In this document: positions 48,709 through 58,024 of the stretch, in pieces
Layout of the letters: the number at the start of each line of letters is the position of its first letter
How positions within the stretch are numbered: the first letter of the stretch is position 1
Assembly: GCA_944392815.1 (NCBI GenBank)
Contig: CALXXY010000003.1
Coordinates: 20,096-84,095, forward strand
Length of the DNA stretch: 64,000 bases
Direction of reading: 5' to 3'
Source: an uncultured Alphaproteobacteria bacterium
GTDB lineage: Bacteria > Pseudomonadota > Alphaproteobacteria > Rs-D84
Position numbers and translations under genes: made by a program
The notes under the pieces: model-generated
Told to the model about the DNA's origin: nothing
Seen by the model: only the letters and a program-made list of their open reading frames with translations
The model's database searches: none

Positions 48709-51075
48709 TTATATCAATGGCGGGAAACAATCGCCCCCTGATTGTGGGCAACAATTAAATCCCATGTCGCCCATATCTGTATAAATCTCGCCTGGGCAAC
48801 AGCCATTCACATCGGGCGCACTGCCGTCTGGACACGCCGGCAAATTTGATGGAACTTCTTCCTGCCACACAACGGACGTCACCGATTGCGGCACGTATTC
48901 ATCATTGGTCGCAACTGCGCCACCGCCAACATTCGTGGTCGCACCCGCCGTCACCACAGACGGCCCAGTCGTATCCACAGCCACCATATTTTCATTACGC
49001 AACGTTTCCGTATCGTAATTCGAATCGGCAACGAACATATTTTCATTCTGTGATACGTTGTACGCGGGCTTGCTGGCCAAAATATCCTCTTCGGATTCCA
49101 CAACAACTGATTCGGGTTCGCTGACCGGCACAGGCGGTGTCACATTCACCGATTCGATAACAACATCAGCGTCCTGGACAGGTTGCGGTTCCAACACAAC
49201 CGTTTCCGGTTCGGGCTGCGCCACAGGTTCCGGTTCACTGACCGGCACAGGCACAGGTTCTGGTTCGGGCTGTGCCACAGGTTCCGGCTCGTCTACAACG
49301 GGCGCCGGCACTTCGACAACAGCGGGCTCGACCACCGGGGCGGGCGTTTCAATTTCAGGTATAAACGGACTGTCGGCCGCATCACCGCTTTCATCAGTCG
49401 CGACATCAGCCACCTGGGCTGTTGGCACCGTTGTGGTTAAATCGGGCACCTGGTCATTGGTATTACGCTGATACAGCCACAATGTAAATATCGACAACCC
49501 GATCAATAATATCAACAACAGATAATACACAAACGTCGGCTTGCGCGGGGCAGGATTTGTCGGCGCAGCGGTCCCCGTTATTGGCGACACAGGGCGGGGT
49601 GCATTCGCACCGGCGGGTGCATTTACCGCCGGTGACACCGGTCGCGCCGCGGCACTGGCCGCTGGGGCGGGTGTCGGCATCGGATTTTGCATTCCCGCAT
49701 TATTCCCGGGCGCCGCCACACTATCGTCCGCAACCGGCGGCACCGGGGCGGGACGTACAGGTTGTGCGGGTTGAACTGGCTGTACAGGTTCAGTCGTATT
49801 CGCCCCCATTAATTCAGAATCCAATTGAACATTTGAATCCACATCATTCGGCTGGGGAATATCAACCGACGTAATCGTATCCAACACAGGCGCAGATTGT
49901 GGCACAGTGGGCGCAACATCGTCGTTCGTCACAGGCGTCACATTTATTGGTGCACTATCCCCAACCGGGGCGGGCGCCGCCGCGGGTTCAGATTGCGTTG
50001 GTGGCGTAAACGACAACGGTTTTTCATCAATCACACTGTCATACAAATCATCAGTCGACTGACCAGAATTTTCCACAGGACTGGACACACCGAATTCAAT
50101 CGGTTTAAACGCGATATCTTCGTCCATTATATCTGGATTTTTGTCGAACAAAGGTTGTACTTCGTCATTTTTCATTGTTTCGTCGGCCATATTTTCCGCC
50201 TTTGGTTCTGCTGTATTAAATTCAATTTCTTTGTCATATGTTATATCAGCGACGTCATTGTCATCATCAACATCGTCCACGTCATCATCATACGAAATAT
50301 TATACGACGTCACCACAGGTGCGTCCACAGATTCCGCCGGCATAACAACATTTTTCGCCGGCGCCACATTTGCGACCATGGTCGCGTCACTGGTTGCGGG
50401 GCGGGCCAAAATCTCGCGCGCGGCGGCGGCATCTTCATCAGCCACTATCAAACGCCGTTGTGCATTGGATAAACGTTTTTTCGCGCGACGCAATTTTTCA
50501 TTTGTCGCATCAATTTGTGCATCTGTCCGTAAAATTTTCGACGCAGATTGTTTTGTCGGCTCGCGCCCAACTTTCTTTTTTTGCTGTGATAACTGTGCCC
50601 GCAAAGAACGCAATTTGACCTGTAATTCATCGATAGTTTCACGCGCACGGGTAATGGTTTCGCGCGCCCGGTCAGCATTCGATTCCGCCATAGCCAACCG
50701 TTCAGCCGCAGCGCGCCGGACTGAATCCTCGCGAAAATGGGTTAATGCAACCAGCGCATCGGACAAATCAGCCCCATTTTCATACGCACGAATTAAATCG
50801 TCGTATTCCGACAGCCCGCTGTATTCAATATCCAACTTTTGATATTTATTATTTTTCTTTGGCCGCACAGTTTCCAAATCAACCCCATAATCATTGGCCA
50901 AAATATCGTCCCATTTGCGATCACCCACGGGATTAATCACCAACAACGCGTTAGGTTTGCGATTATCAACGGTATTATCCAACACGAACACCAATTTACC
51001 GTCCGCGTCATAATACGCCCGCAGCGCATTTCCGCCGATATTATATTCCCTGAATGTTAAAACAGAATTATCCAT
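48709..51075 (-). CDS. Large Pro/Glu/Val-rich membrane protein (unknown function)
   Basis: 788 aa: N-terminal globular and coiled-coil region, acidic stretch, one TM helix (FVYYLLLILLIGLSIFTLWLY), PEPV-type repeats, and a C-terminal Cys cluster (NGCCPGEIY...FNCCPQSGGDC). Confidence 0.5.
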   Translation of the reverse strand: MDNSVLTFREYNIGGNALRAYYDADGKLVFVLDNTVDNRKPNALLVINPVGDRKWDDILANDYGVDLETVRPKKNNKYQKLDIEYSGLSEYDDLIRAYENGADLSDALVALTHFREDSVRRAAAERLAMAESNADRARETITRARETIDELQVKLRSLRAQLSQQKKKVGREPTKQSASKILRTDAQIDATNEKLRRAKKRLSNAQRRLIVADEDAAAAREILARPATSDATMVANVAPAKNVVMPAESVDAPVVTSYNISYDDDVDDVDDDNDVADITYDKEIEFNTAEPKAENMADETMKNDEVQPLFDKNPDIMDEDIAFKPIEFGVSSPVENSGQSTDDLYDSVIDEKPLSFTPPTQSEPAAAPAPVGDSAPINVTPVTNDDVAPTVPQSAPVLDTITSVDIPQPNDVDSNVQLDSELMGANTTEPVQPVQPAQPVRPAPVPPVADDSVAAPGNNAGMQNPMPTPAPAASAAARPVSPAVNAPAGANAPRPVSPITGTAAPTNPAPRKPTFVYYLLLILLIGLSIFTLWLYQRNTNDQVPDLTTTVPTAQVADVATDESGDAADSPFIPEIETPAPVVEPAVVEVPAPVVDEPEPVAQPEPEPVPVPVSEPEPVAQPEPETVVLEPQPVQDADVVIESVNVTPPVPVSEPESVVVESEEDILASKPAYNVSQNENMFVADSNYDTETLRNENMVAVDTTGPSVVTAGATTNVGGGAVATNDEYVPQSVTSVVWQEEVPSNLPACPDGSAPDVNGCCPGEIYTDMGDMGFNCCPQSGGDCFPPLI

Positions 51076-51105
51076 TTTTCCCTCTCGCTTTGCGTGCGCC
51101 CAATT

Positions 51106-51657
51106 CTATTTTTTCTTTGGCGGTGTAAATTGATATGCCTGCTTGCAGTGCTCATAACAATACGGTTTGCCAACAAACACAGGTGCGCCACAGAAATGGA
51201 ACCCCTCGGAATCAGGGTCACCAATTGGCCACCGGCATTGATTTGGTTTCAAATTCGCCAATTCCAACGCATGCTGTACAATACGCTGATGCATGGCCAA
51301 ATTTTTATTCAAAGATTTCCCACCACGTGCGGTCGTCGTGGTCGTGGTTGCCTTTTTTGCGCCACCAGCCACAGTTTTCCCGCCGCGGGTCGCTGTACGT
51401 GTCGCAGTGGCACGCCTGGCCGTGGTGGTTGATTTTTTCACAGTCACCTTGGGCGCAGTTTTTTTTGCGGGTTCCTTTTTCTTGGCCGTGGCACCGGCAA
51501 CCCCGCCGGCCTTGGAATTCCAGCCCAGTCGATTTAATTTGCCAACAACGGCGTTTTTACTCATGCCCAAACGTTTGCCGATTTCGGCGGTGGACAAACC
51601 CTTGCCCGTCAGGGCTTTTAATTTTTTCAGTGTGGCGTTATCCCAACCTTTACTCAT
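51106..51657 (-). CDS. gcrA: Cell-cycle transcriptional regulator GcrA
   Basis: N-terminal W..[ED]....L..L...G.S...I...LG domain. C-terminal CRWPIGDP ... FCGA ... YC..H motif characteristic of GcrA. Confidence 0.8.
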   Translation of the reverse strand: MSKGWDNATLKKLKALTGKGLSTAEIGKRLGMSKNAVVGKLNRLGWNSKAGGVAGATAKKKEPAKKTAPKVTVKKSTTTARRATATRTATRGGKTVAGGAKKATTTTTTARGGKSLNKNLAMHQRIVQHALELANLKPNQCRWPIGDPDSEGFHFCGAPVFVGKPYCYEHCKQAYQFTPPKKK

Positions 51658-51730
51658 TTTAAAAAATCCTTGTTATACATATCGGTATAATTGTAGCATA
51701 GTTTCGAATCGAAAGGCAAGGGGGAAAAAT

Positions 51731-52189
51731 ATGTTTTATTATATCTTTTTTATTATTTTGTTGGCGGGTGCCGCCGCATGTGCATGGGGTATTTCGCGCG
51801 CAGATTTCCGTCGGCGTATTATCCCGGACGCATACCTGTTTCCACTGTTGCTGATTGGATTGGTCGTCACCCAGTTTTTCCCATGGCCCGTCACCCCATC
51901 AGACGGCGCAATTGCGGCCGTGGCCGGATATACATTAACATCATTAATCGGATTAATATTTGAAAAATTCCAACCCAGCCAAACACCCCCCATCGGCATG
52001 GGCGATATAAAATTGATTTCAGTGGCCGGCATTTGGCTGGGGTCAGTTGGATTGGCGGGCGCATTGGCATTGGCGTGCATATCGGGCATGATTTGGGGCG
52101 CAACAAAAAAACAAAAATACATTCCATTTGGACCGTTTCTGATAATCGGTGGAATTTTATCTTTAATTACAATAACGTTTTTGATATAA
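51731..52189 (+). CDS. Type IV prepilin peptidase family protein (A24, short CpaA-like)
   Basis: Two catalytic Asp motifs (RRIIPD and GMGDIKL), 4-5 TM helices. The longer annotated ORF from 51293 is antisense to gcrA and rejected. Confidence 0.65.
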   Translation: MFYYIFFIILLAGAAACAWGISRADFRRRIIPDAYLFPLLLIGLVVTQFFPWPVTPSDGAIAAVAGYTLTSLIGLIFEKFQPSQTPPIGMGDIKLISVAGIWLGSVGLAGALALACISGMIWGATKKQKYIPFGPFLIIGGILSLITITFLI

Positions 52190-52215
52190 TATAAAAATAA
52201 ACGGGAACCCGAGAG

Positions 52216-53097
52216 ATGAAATCATACACTATATCAGCACTGTCAGCATTTTTGTTGCTGTTGACCACACCGGCCATGGCGACAACTTTTCCAACGCCCA
52301 CAACGCCATTTTCGCAATACGGTCAAATTCAAAATGTGCAAAATTATTCGTCCAATCCATTTTGGGACCCCAGTTCACCGTATAATCAACGCATGCCTGT
52401 GCCGGTATACGTGACGGGCACAGACGTTGACACAGCCGATTGTACCACGGTGGTTGGCGCACTGGTTGCATCATTTTGCGCAACACGTAATAATTGCGTG
52501 GGAATGGATGTAAACGACGCCCGCCCAACAATCACTGTCCAATTGGCCAGTTTGCCCAACCACAACTATGTGACGCCGTGCGCGGGCTATATCGACAGCG
52601 AATTTGATAAATACGTATCACAAAACGCGGTTGCCGCCCCAACGGGGAAAACAGTGGCATTTCCAACCGCAACCACGGCAAACCCGACGGTAAATCAGCA
52701 AAACTATCAATTTACAAATCCATATGATCCAAAACCCGCCGATTGGCAAATTGACATGATGGAACGCAAAAACGAATTGCAGAATTTGCAATCGGCAAAT
52801 ACAGCGGGTACATCGCAATTGGCACGCGCCAGTTTCCCAACCACCGCGGCCGATTTATCGTTTACCGAACGCATTCAAAATGATGCGGCTGGATACGCCC
52901 CATACGCCGGCAAATCTGCATACGAACCATTAAACATAGAAAGCGAGGAAAAATATCGCCAACGCACGAACGCATATTGCAATTCCAAAATGGCGACATT
53001 ACGCACAATCGACGCAGATTTACAAACCATATCAGATTGCAGAACGTCCGGCACACCATTCAACGATTGTGTTAAAAAATTACAGGGGATATATTAA
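52216..53097 (+). CDS. Secreted hypothetical protein
   Basis: Signal peptide MKSYTISALSAFLLLLTTPAMA. Thr/Pro/Asn-rich with several Cys. Confidence 0.45.
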   Translation: MKSYTISALSAFLLLLTTPAMATTFPTPTTPFSQYGQIQNVQNYSSNPFWDPSSPYNQRMPVPVYVTGTDVDTADCTTVVGALVASFCATRNNCVGMDVNDARPTITVQLASLPNHNYVTPCAGYIDSEFDKYVSQNAVAAPTGKTVAFPTATTANPTVNQQNYQFTNPYDPKPADWQIDMMERKNELQNLQSANTAGTSQLARASFPTTAADLSFTERIQNDAAGYAPYAGKSAYEPLNIESEEKYRQRTNAYCNSKMATLRTIDADLQTISDCRTSGTPFNDCVKKLQGIY

Positions 53098-53100
53098 AAC

Positions 53101-54267
53101 ATGTTTTTACGACCAATCGTATTTTCTGTATTGTGCACATTCATCGGCATACACGGTGCGAATGCCCTGATGTGGAATGATCCGAATGTAAACCTTGTCC
53201 AAAGCGTATCTGATCACCGTTATCGTGACGCCAACACGGGTCGATATGTAAGTACCGCCGGAATGCCAGCGGTACCGCCAGTGGTCGGCAGCCCAACTGG
53301 TACTGGTACAGGCACCGGAACCGGTACTGGTACAGGAACTGGAACAGGTACGGGAACCGGTACTGGTACAGGCGCTGGAACAGGTACGGGAACTGGAACC
53401 GGTACTGGTACAGGCGCTGGGGCTGGTGGCGGTGGCACCGCCGGCAGAATTCGCACCAATTGGTCAAATATGTCACGTGGCGCACGTATCGGCACTGGGA
53501 TTGGTATCGTCGCTGGTACAGCGGGTGTTGTGACATCTGGCCTGGGGAACCAGGAACACGGTGCCGGCAACGTGGTTGGTGGCGCATTAAGTGGTGCCGC
53601 AGCGGGCGCCTCTGTTGGCAGTTTAATCGCCCCAGGTCTGGGTACTGCTATCGGTGCAGGTGTTGGCGCATTGGCCGGTGCATTGTACCCTGCGGCAAAG
53701 GTATTTTCCGAAACAGATTGCCTGCGCGATCCTGTCACCGGGGCATACACATGTTGCAATACCGCATTTAACAAAGGCGACCGCGTCGTTCCAATTGGCG
53801 GATTCATGTTCTGTGGCGCCGAAGATGGCTCGCAAAACACACCGTTCCAGGTACGTCAATGTCTGCAGGGCAAACCAAAGGACGAATCAACCTGGACCGA
53901 CCAGGGTAAAAAATGGTACGAAGGCGGCATGTGGGTTGATGATTTTTGGGCACCTGAATGCACGGTCAGATTTTGCAACACCGCCCCAACCCAGGGCATA
54001 GAAAATTATATTATACCGGTCCAGGACACAACAAATTTCTGTTGGGATTGGAAATGTATTGATGGATACGAACGTTCCGGGGACACATGTGTCATCGCGG
54101 GCGGTGGCGGCAACGGAACGACGGGTGGCGCACCGGTCACACCATATACAAATCCGACAAACCCGACCGCCGATCAATACGATGAATTAATCAAACGACT
54201 GCAATTGCAACGCCAATTAATATTGCAGGAATGCGGTTATATGGTGAACACACAAAACCAAAATTAA
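53101..54267 (+). CDS. Secreted protein with (Thr-Gly)n dipeptide repeat, glycine-zipper segment and Cys-rich C-terminal domain
   Basis: Signal peptide. About 22 TG/AG dipeptides encoded by an imperfect GGTACN 6-bp tandem repeat (53299-53435). Confidence 0.45.
   Translation: MFLRPIVFSVLCTFIGIHGANALMWNDPNVNLVQSVSDHRYRDANTGRYVSTAGMPAVPPVVGSPTGTGTGTGTGTGTGTGTGTGTGTGTGAGTGTGTGTGTGTGAGAGGGGTAGRIRTNWSNMSRGARIGTGIGIVAGTAGVVTSGLGNQEHGAGNVVGGALSGAAAGASVGSLIAPGLGTAIGAGVGALAGALYPAAKVFSETDCLRDPVTGAYTCCNTAFNKGDRVVPIGGFMFCGAEDGSQNTPFQVRQCLQGKPKDESTWTDQGKKWYEGGMWVDDFWAPECTVRFCNTAPTQGIENYIIPVQDTTNFCWDWKCIDGYERSGDTCVIAGGGGNGTTGGAPVTPYTNPTNPTADQYDELIKRLQLQRQLILQECGYMVNTQNQN
53299..53435 (+). repeat. Imperfect hexanucleotide tandem repeat (GGTACN, about 22 units) inside a CDS
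   Basis: ggtactggtacaggcaccggaaccggtactggtacaggaactggaacaggtacg... read directly from the sequence. Confidence 0.85.
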
Positions 54268-56036
54268 TGCGGCGGATATTTATATCTTGGCTGATTGCAC
54301 TTTGCGCCACAAATGTGGCGCTTTGTGCGAATGTGACACAAACAACCGCACCAATATCACTGGTCGGGGGTGGGGCGGGTGACATAACCGTCCCGACAAC
54401 GTCGCCAGATTTTGTCCCAATTTCTGATATAAACCAAATCACACCGAACGATACAGAATGCGCCACTGCCGTATTTGCGGACGCGCTGGCCAACAATTCT
54501 GCGGCTGTATCGGAAACGGACGAAGATATTGTCATACGTCAATGGATTTATCAAACTTTTGCAAATCCTGACGTTCTGCGCGCGGTTATGAAATGTCCCG
54601 AATTCGCAAACGCTGCCGATGACGAAACGATTACACTGCAACCAATAAAATACGTTTTTCCGGGCGGGCGCGAAATAGTCATCAATTACGAAACCCAACC
54701 AAAAATTTTGGCCCAACGAATAACATTGGGCGAAAAAAATGAATTGGCTGATTTGAATCCGAATCCGCGTATTGACCCGACCGACGGCACGGTTTGGACA
54801 AACACAGATCCTGCATGGTATGCAATCATGGTTGTTGAATCGGGCACGCTGGATGAATTCGTGGGTCCTGGGAAAAATAAGACGGTATCCATGCGATATA
54901 TTAATGACAACATAGACAGGTTATTTCCACATGGCAACCAGTGCACCAGCAAATCCGCACTGGCCGGGGACAGAAGAATGATAAACGTTGCCACCCGCGA
55001 AACAGTTGGCATTGATAACGATACAAATGATTACTATGTGGCGGGCGACGTAAGTTTGCAATGGATATCTTATCTGGAAATCGGTCTGGACGTGGCAATA
55101 ACAGTTTTAACGATGGGCGGCGGCACAGTTATTTTGGGCGCAACAAAATCCGCCCGCGCGTCCCGTGCATTGCACGGATTAACAAACACAATCAAAACAT
55201 TGCGCACGACAGATTCCGTACGCGATTACGTGCGCATATCGCAACAATATACGCGCGTGGCCGAACAATTGCGCAACATTGACCGCGTCGCCGACGCCGC
55301 GCAATACGAACGCCTCGCCGCCCAGGCCGATGATTTGGCGCGCACTATGCGCACACTGGAACAAACAGACGACAACGTTCGGCAATATCGCAATGCCACA
55401 AACGCATTCACATCACTGAATCAATACCGCCGCACTTTGCGCAGTTTACGCACCCCACAACGTGGCAATATCATCGCACGCGCATGGCGCGCAATCCGCG
55501 CGGCAAACACAGGCGGGAAAACCATTCGCAACGCGGAAAAAATCGCCCGCAGCAGCACACTGTCCGGCCAAATTCGCGATTGGTTGTTTCAATCAACATT
55601 AACAAATGCCGGGGCATTGGCGCGCCTGGAACGCACGGGCGGATACATATACGGCGCATTGCGTTTTTTCGGTGGCATGTATGATTGGACGGAAACCAGC
55701 ACCGGCGAATTCACCAGTGGCATTGATTTCAAACCATTGACACTGCTGTCGGCCGACGATTTACAGGGCCAGGAAAATGTCATAAATCACGGCATGTGGC
55801 TGATGTGGGCGGGCAATGCATATTCCGCCGCAGACGATGACGCCGCATATCTGCAGGCCATGGATTTTGCCAACAAATTCCATTTCAACCTGGACAAAAT
55901 TCAAACGGAACAAAACAATCACGCGTGCAATGTGGATATTTTCGTCGTGCGTCCAATAATCCATAACCCCGGCACAGATAACGCAGAATTATATTACCTG
56001 ATAATGAATGACACCCCGTGGACAACGCGCGAATAA
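54267..56036 (+). CDS. Large secreted hypothetical protein
   Basis: Start at MRRIFISWLIALCATNVALCA (signal peptide). C-terminal half rich in R/A/T heptad-like repeats. No known domain. Confidence 0.45.
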   Translation: MRRIFISWLIALCATNVALCANVTQTTAPISLVGGGAGDITVPTTSPDFVPISDINQITPNDTECATAVFADALANNSAAVSETDEDIVIRQWIYQTFANPDVLRAVMKCPEFANAADDETITLQPIKYVFPGGREIVINYETQPKILAQRITLGEKNELADLNPNPRIDPTDGTVWTNTDPAWYAIMVVESGTLDEFVGPGKNKTVSMRYINDNIDRLFPHGNQCTSKSALAGDRRMINVATRETVGIDNDTNDYYVAGDVSLQWISYLEIGLDVAITVLTMGGGTVILGATKSARASRALHGLTNTIKTLRTTDSVRDYVRISQQYTRVAEQLRNIDRVADAAQYERLAAQADDLARTMRTLEQTDDNVRQYRNATNAFTSLNQYRRTLRSLRTPQRGNIIARAWRAIRAANTGGKTIRNAEKIARSSTLSGQIRDWLFQSTLTNAGALARLERTGGYIYGALRFFGGMYDWTETSTGEFTSGIDFKPLTLLSADDLQGQENVINHGMWLMWAGNAYSAADDDAAYLQAMDFANKFHFNLDKIQTEQNNHACNVDIFVVRPIIHNPGTDNAELYYLIMNDTPWTTRE

Positions 56037-56088
56037 TTCCCATTGTATTTTTTATCACAACCACATATAATAACTATACAGGGGGTGC

Positions 56089-56415
56089 ATGAATATGATT
56101 AAAAAAATATTTATGGCATTGTGTATAACCGCAATATCCGTCACCGGCGCAAACGCGTATCAATTATTATCGTCCAAAGAAATGGGAAAAAACGACGCCA
56201 AAAATCAAACTGTCGTTGTAAAATGCACAACCGACACAGGCAAAGTTTCTGCCCAAACATGCACATTGCGCAGATATGCAAAATGCAGCGGCACTGGCAC
56301 AAAAAAAACATGCAACGGCTGGCAACCATGGCAGGATTTACGCACCCCGGGCAAAAAATATTCTGATTGGCGCAGTGCTGCGTCCGCATGCTGTCGTGCC
56401 AAAGGATTACGATAG
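56089..56415 (+). CDS. Small secreted Cys-rich protein (8 Cys)
   Basis: Signal peptide MIKKIFMALCITAISVTGANA. Terminator immediately downstream. Confidence 0.4.
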   Translation: MNMIKKIFMALCITAISVTGANAYQLLSSKEMGKNDAKNQTVVVKCTTDTGKVSAQTCTLRRYAKCSGTGTKKTCNGWQPWQDLRTPGKKYSDWRSAASACCRAKGLR

Positions 56416-56427
56416 ATAATACCATAA

Positions 56428-56458
56428 AACAAAAATCCGCCACCTGGCGGATTTTTTA
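56428..56458. terminator. Rho-independent terminator
   Basis: aaaaatccgccacctggcggattttttatt. Confidence 0.75.
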
Positions 56459-56461
56459 TTC

Positions 56462-56538
56462 TGGTGGATGAGATTGGACTCGAACCAACGACCCCCACGA
56501 TGTGAACGTGATGCTCTAACCAACTGAGCTACTCATCC
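56462..56538 (-). tRNA. tRNA-Val (anticodon CAC)
   Basis: Reverse complement GGATGAGTAGCTCAGTTGGTTAGAGCATCACGTTCACATCGTGGGGGTCGTTGGTTCGAGTCCAATCTCATCCACCA, 77 nt. Confidence 0.8.
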
Positions 56539-56679
56539 AAAACACATATTTTCAATTGCGGACTGTATTCTATCACCACCCTAAAATCAGCGCAAGCAAA
56601 AAATTTATACAAAAACTTGATTTTTGTCATTATTTTTCTATCATGAATTCAGAATATTCAAACCAAAGGGGTTCAGTGT

Positions 56680-57570
56680 ATGAAAGGCATAATTTTAGCG
56701 GGCGGCAGTGGCACACGCCTGTACCCATTGACCAAAACCACATCTAAACAGTTATTGCCGGTATACGACAAACCGATGATTTATTATCCGATGTCAACGC
56801 TGATGCAATTTGACATACGCGATGTTCTGATTATTTCCACGCCCCAGGACACGCCAAACATCGAACGTCTGTTCGAAAATGGCAGCACATTGGGCATGCA
56901 CATTCAATACGCAATCCAGGAAAAACCCCAGGGCATCGCCCAGGCATTCACCATCGGTGAACAGTTTATTAATAACCAGGACGTATGCCTGATTTTGGGC
57001 GACAATATATTCCACATGGGCGGACAATTGCCATGGTTCCGTAAAAAAGTCGCAAAAAACCAGGGCAAGCGCGCAACAATTTTTGCATACCATGTATCCG
57101 ACCCAGAAAGATTTGGCGTCGTTGAATTTGATGATAAATTAAACGCTGTATCAATCGAAGAAAAACCCAAAAATCCGAAATCAAATTTCGCATCAGTGGG
57201 GCTGTATTTTTACCCCAGCGACGTCGTGGACAAAGCCAAATCTTTGACCCCATCGGCGCGTGGCGAATACGAAATTACCGATTTGAACAACATGTATTTA
57301 TCAGAACACAGAATGTCCGTTGTACCAATGCTGCGCGGGAACGCATGGTTGGACGCAGGCACCCCAAAAAGTTTGTTGGATTCCAGCAACTTTGTTCAAA
57401 TTATCGAAGAACGCCAGGGCCTGAAAATCGCCTGTATCGAAGAAATCGCATACAGACGCGGGTTCATTAACAAAAACCAATTAAAAGATATCATCAATAA
57501 ATTAAAAGACAGTGACTATAAAAAATATTTAATGAAAGTATCAATGGAAACAAAACACAAATTGTATTAA
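56680..57570 (+). CDS. rmlA: Glucose-1-phosphate thymidylyltransferase
   Basis: MKGIILAGGSGTRLYPLT N-terminus and RmlA core. Confidence 0.9.
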   Translation: MKGIILAGGSGTRLYPLTKTTSKQLLPVYDKPMIYYPMSTLMQFDIRDVLIISTPQDTPNIERLFENGSTLGMHIQYAIQEKPQGIAQAFTIGEQFINNQDVCLILGDNIFHMGGQLPWFRKKVAKNQGKRATIFAYHVSDPERFGVVEFDDKLNAVSIEEKPKNPKSNFASVGLYFYPSDVVDKAKSLTPSARGEYEITDLNNMYLSEHRMSVVPMLRGNAWLDAGTPKSLLDSSNFVQIIEERQGLKIACIEEIAYRRGFINKNQLKDIINKLKDSDYKKYLMKVSMETKHKLY

Positions 57571-57571
57571 A

Positions 57572-57605
57572 AACAGGGGCGAAATATTTCGCCCCTGTTT
57601 TTTTA
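57572..57605. terminator. Rho-independent terminator
   Basis: aaaaacaggggcgaaatatttcgcccctgttttttt. Confidence 0.75.
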
Positions 57606-57613
57606 TAACCGTT

Positions 57614-57700
57614 TGGTGGGGATAGTGGGACTCGAACCCACACGGTCGCAATGACCAAAGGATTTTAAGTCCTCAGCGTCTACCATTCCGCCATATCCCC
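57614..57700 (-). tRNA. tRNA-Leu (anticodon UAA), type II
   Basis: Reverse complement GGGGATATGGCGGAATGGTAGACGCTGAGGACTTAAAATCCTT...GGTTCGAGTCCCACTATCCCCACCA with a long variable arm. Confidence 0.8.
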
Positions 57701-57728
57701 CATTGCAATTTGAATCGATAAAAAATTT

Positions 57729-57804
57729 TGGTGGAGCTGATGGGACTCAAACCCACGACCTCTACGATGCGAACGTAGCGCTCTATCAACTGAGCTACAA
57801 CCCC
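57729..57804 (-). tRNA. tRNA-Ala (anticodon CGC)
   Basis: G3:U70 pair in the acceptor stem and anticodon loop TTCGCAT. Confidence 0.8.
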
Positions 57805-57811
57805 AGAACTT

Positions 57812-57898
57812 TGGTGCGGATAAGAGGACTTGAACCTCCAAGGCATTGCTGCCACTAGTACCTGAAACTAGCGCGTCTACCAATTCCGCCATATCCGC
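57812..57898 (-). tRNA. tRNA-Leu (anticodon CAG), type II
   Basis: Reverse complement GCGGATATGGCGGAATTGGTAGACGCGCTAGTTTCAGGTACTAGT...GGTTCAAGTCCTCTTATCCGCACCA. Confidence 0.8.
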
Positions 57899-58024
57899 AA
57901 TTGCCCCATTATCTTATATTAACTTTACCAATTTTGCAACAGAAAAATCAAATAAACCAAACACATTAAAAAACATAAAAACACTTGCCCTGAAAATCGC
58001 AATTTTGCTAACATTTAATTCAGA

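Noticed and set aside
51293-51730. N-terminal 146 aa of the annotated 298-aa ORF
   Set aside because: This portion is antisense to gcrA and has Ala/Val/Pro mirror-repeat composition. The real gene (prepilin peptidase) starts at 51731.
53141-53840. Minus-strand ORFs with PVPVPVPV repeats
   Set aside because: They are the reverse-complement translation of the GGTACN/TG repeat inside the 53101-54267 gene.
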